From contig JAHJSW010000033.1 of the NCBI GenBank assembly GCA_018830245.1, positions 1 through 43,950 on the forward strand: a stretch of DNA of 43,950 nucleotides, given 5' to 3'. Source of the stretch: Nanobdellota archaeon (GTDB lineage Archaea > Nanobdellota > Nanobdellia > Pacearchaeales > GW2011-AR1). Of this stretch, positions 43,215 through 43,950 are shown piece after piece. Numbering within the stretch: position 1 is the stretch's first letter; every line of letters begins with the position of its first letter. Below the pieces are notes generated by a model. The model worked only from the letters and a program-made list of their open reading frames with translations. It was not told the DNA's origin and made no database searches. The position numbers and the translations under genes were made by a program.

Positions 43215-43931
43215 ATGCCTATACAAAATACACTAGAAACAAAGGAAAAAATCCTTTTTTTTCTGAGAAGAAATGGCCCAAGTTTACCAGTTCATATTGC
43301 AAAAGAGATAGAACAAAGTATACTTTTTACATCAGCCTTTCTCTCTGAACTACTTTCTGAAAAAAAAATAAGATTAAGTAATATGAGAGTTGGAAGTTCT
43401 CCAATTTATTTTCTTTCAGGACAAGAATCTCTTCTTGAAAAATATTCAATTCATCTGAAAAGTAAAGAGAAAGATGCATTTATTTTGTTAAAGGAGGAAA
43501 AATTTCTCATTGACAAAGAACAAGTTCCAGCAATTAGAGTGGCATTAAGAGAAATAAAAGATTTTGCAATCCCATTTAAAAAAAGCGAAAATCTTGTTTG
43601 GAGATATTTGAAAATTCCTGAAAGTGAATTTAAGGGGAAAATAATTCAAATCAGTACAAATACTAAAAAAGAAAAATTAAAGGAAGTTGAAGAAACAAAA
43701 GAAATCCCAATAGAAAAACCCTTTAATGTGAAAAAAAAGACTGTTAAAAAAAAGAAACCTCCTCAAAAAAATAATGAGAAATTTTTCAATAGAGTGAAAG
43801 AATTCCTATTAAAAGAAAGAATAGAGTTAATTGATATAAAAAATTTTAGCAAAAATGAACTTTCTTTAATTGTTAAAGAAGAAGGAAAAGAAATTCTTCT
43901 AGTAGCGTATAATAAAAAAAGGATAAATTGA
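43215..43931 (+). CDS. winged-helix-like DNA-binding protein with basic linker, function unknown
   Basis: N-terminal ILFFLRRNGPSLPVHIAKEIEQSILFTSAFLSELLSEKKIRL...SPIYFL resembles a wH domain. Lys-rich KKKTVKKKKPPQK linker. No confident family. Confidence 0.5.
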   Translation: MPIQNTLETKEKILFFLRRNGPSLPVHIAKEIEQSILFTSAFLSELLSEKKIRLSNMRVGSSPIYFLSGQESLLEKYSIHLKSKEKDAFILLKEEKFLIDKEQVPAIRVALREIKDFAIPFKKSENLVWRYLKIPESEFKGKIIQISTNTKKEKLKEVEETKEIPIEKPFNVKKKTVKKKKPPQKNNEKFFNRVKEFLLKERIELIDIKNFSKNELSLIVKEEGKEILLVAYNKKRIN

Positions 43932-43950
43932 GAATAATTTATTAAAAAAA

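Noticed and set aside
1-43950. rRNA genes, CRISPR arrays, transposases/IS elements, toxin-antitoxin or recognisable defence-system cassettes
   Set aside because: I scanned the ORF products and spacers and found no diagnostic motifs or repeat arrays. The window looks like housekeeping chromosome.

Overview
This 43.95-kb window is AT-rich (about 30% G+C by eye, not computed) and roughly 90% coding. It reads as core chromosome of a small-genome archaeon. A DPANN-type lineage (Woese-/Pacearchaeota-like) fits best, but that is inference only. Archaeal markers present are aIF-1A, TFE-alpha, tRNA-splicing endonuclease EndA, GatD/GatE, a Dim2-like KH protein, deoxyhypusine synthase, Taw3, archaeal-type ProRS and FtsZ. 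Alongside them are clearly bacterial-type AspRS, AlaRS and LeuRS, a helicase IV-like SF1 helicase and a DisA-type diadenylate cyclase. I call about 50 CDS and 2 tRNAs (Asn-GTT, Arg-TCG). I found no rRNA, CRISPR array, transposase or integrase. Many genes have an AACA-TTTATAAA-like BRE/TATA element about 25 nt upstream of the ATG, which suggests largely leaderless mRNAs. Convergent genes often abut or overlap, three times through a shared TTAA. Six ORF-track N-termini start at TTG or GTG, and I trimmed them to the first in-frame ATG. There is no obvious defence island or mobile element. The candidates for new biology are modest. (1) Both proteins that normally carry a GAD insertion, bacterial-type AspRS and GatE, lack it, inside a 12.5-kb cluster holding all five tRNA-amidotransferase subunits. 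(2) A disA gene sits next to a DHH/DHHA1 phosphoesterase gene. (3) A NUDIX hydrolase is divergent from a wHTH protein fused to a catalytically dead Nudix domain. (4) An unannotated 31-aa CxxCxxC poly-Asp/Glu micro-ORF has a strong SD. (5) TFE-alpha carries a tandem-repeated Lys-rich tail. (6) Several structured, ORF-poor spacers lie upstream of ftsZ, at 28.8-29.2 kb and between leuS and endA. All family assignments are motif recognition from memory. No searches were run.
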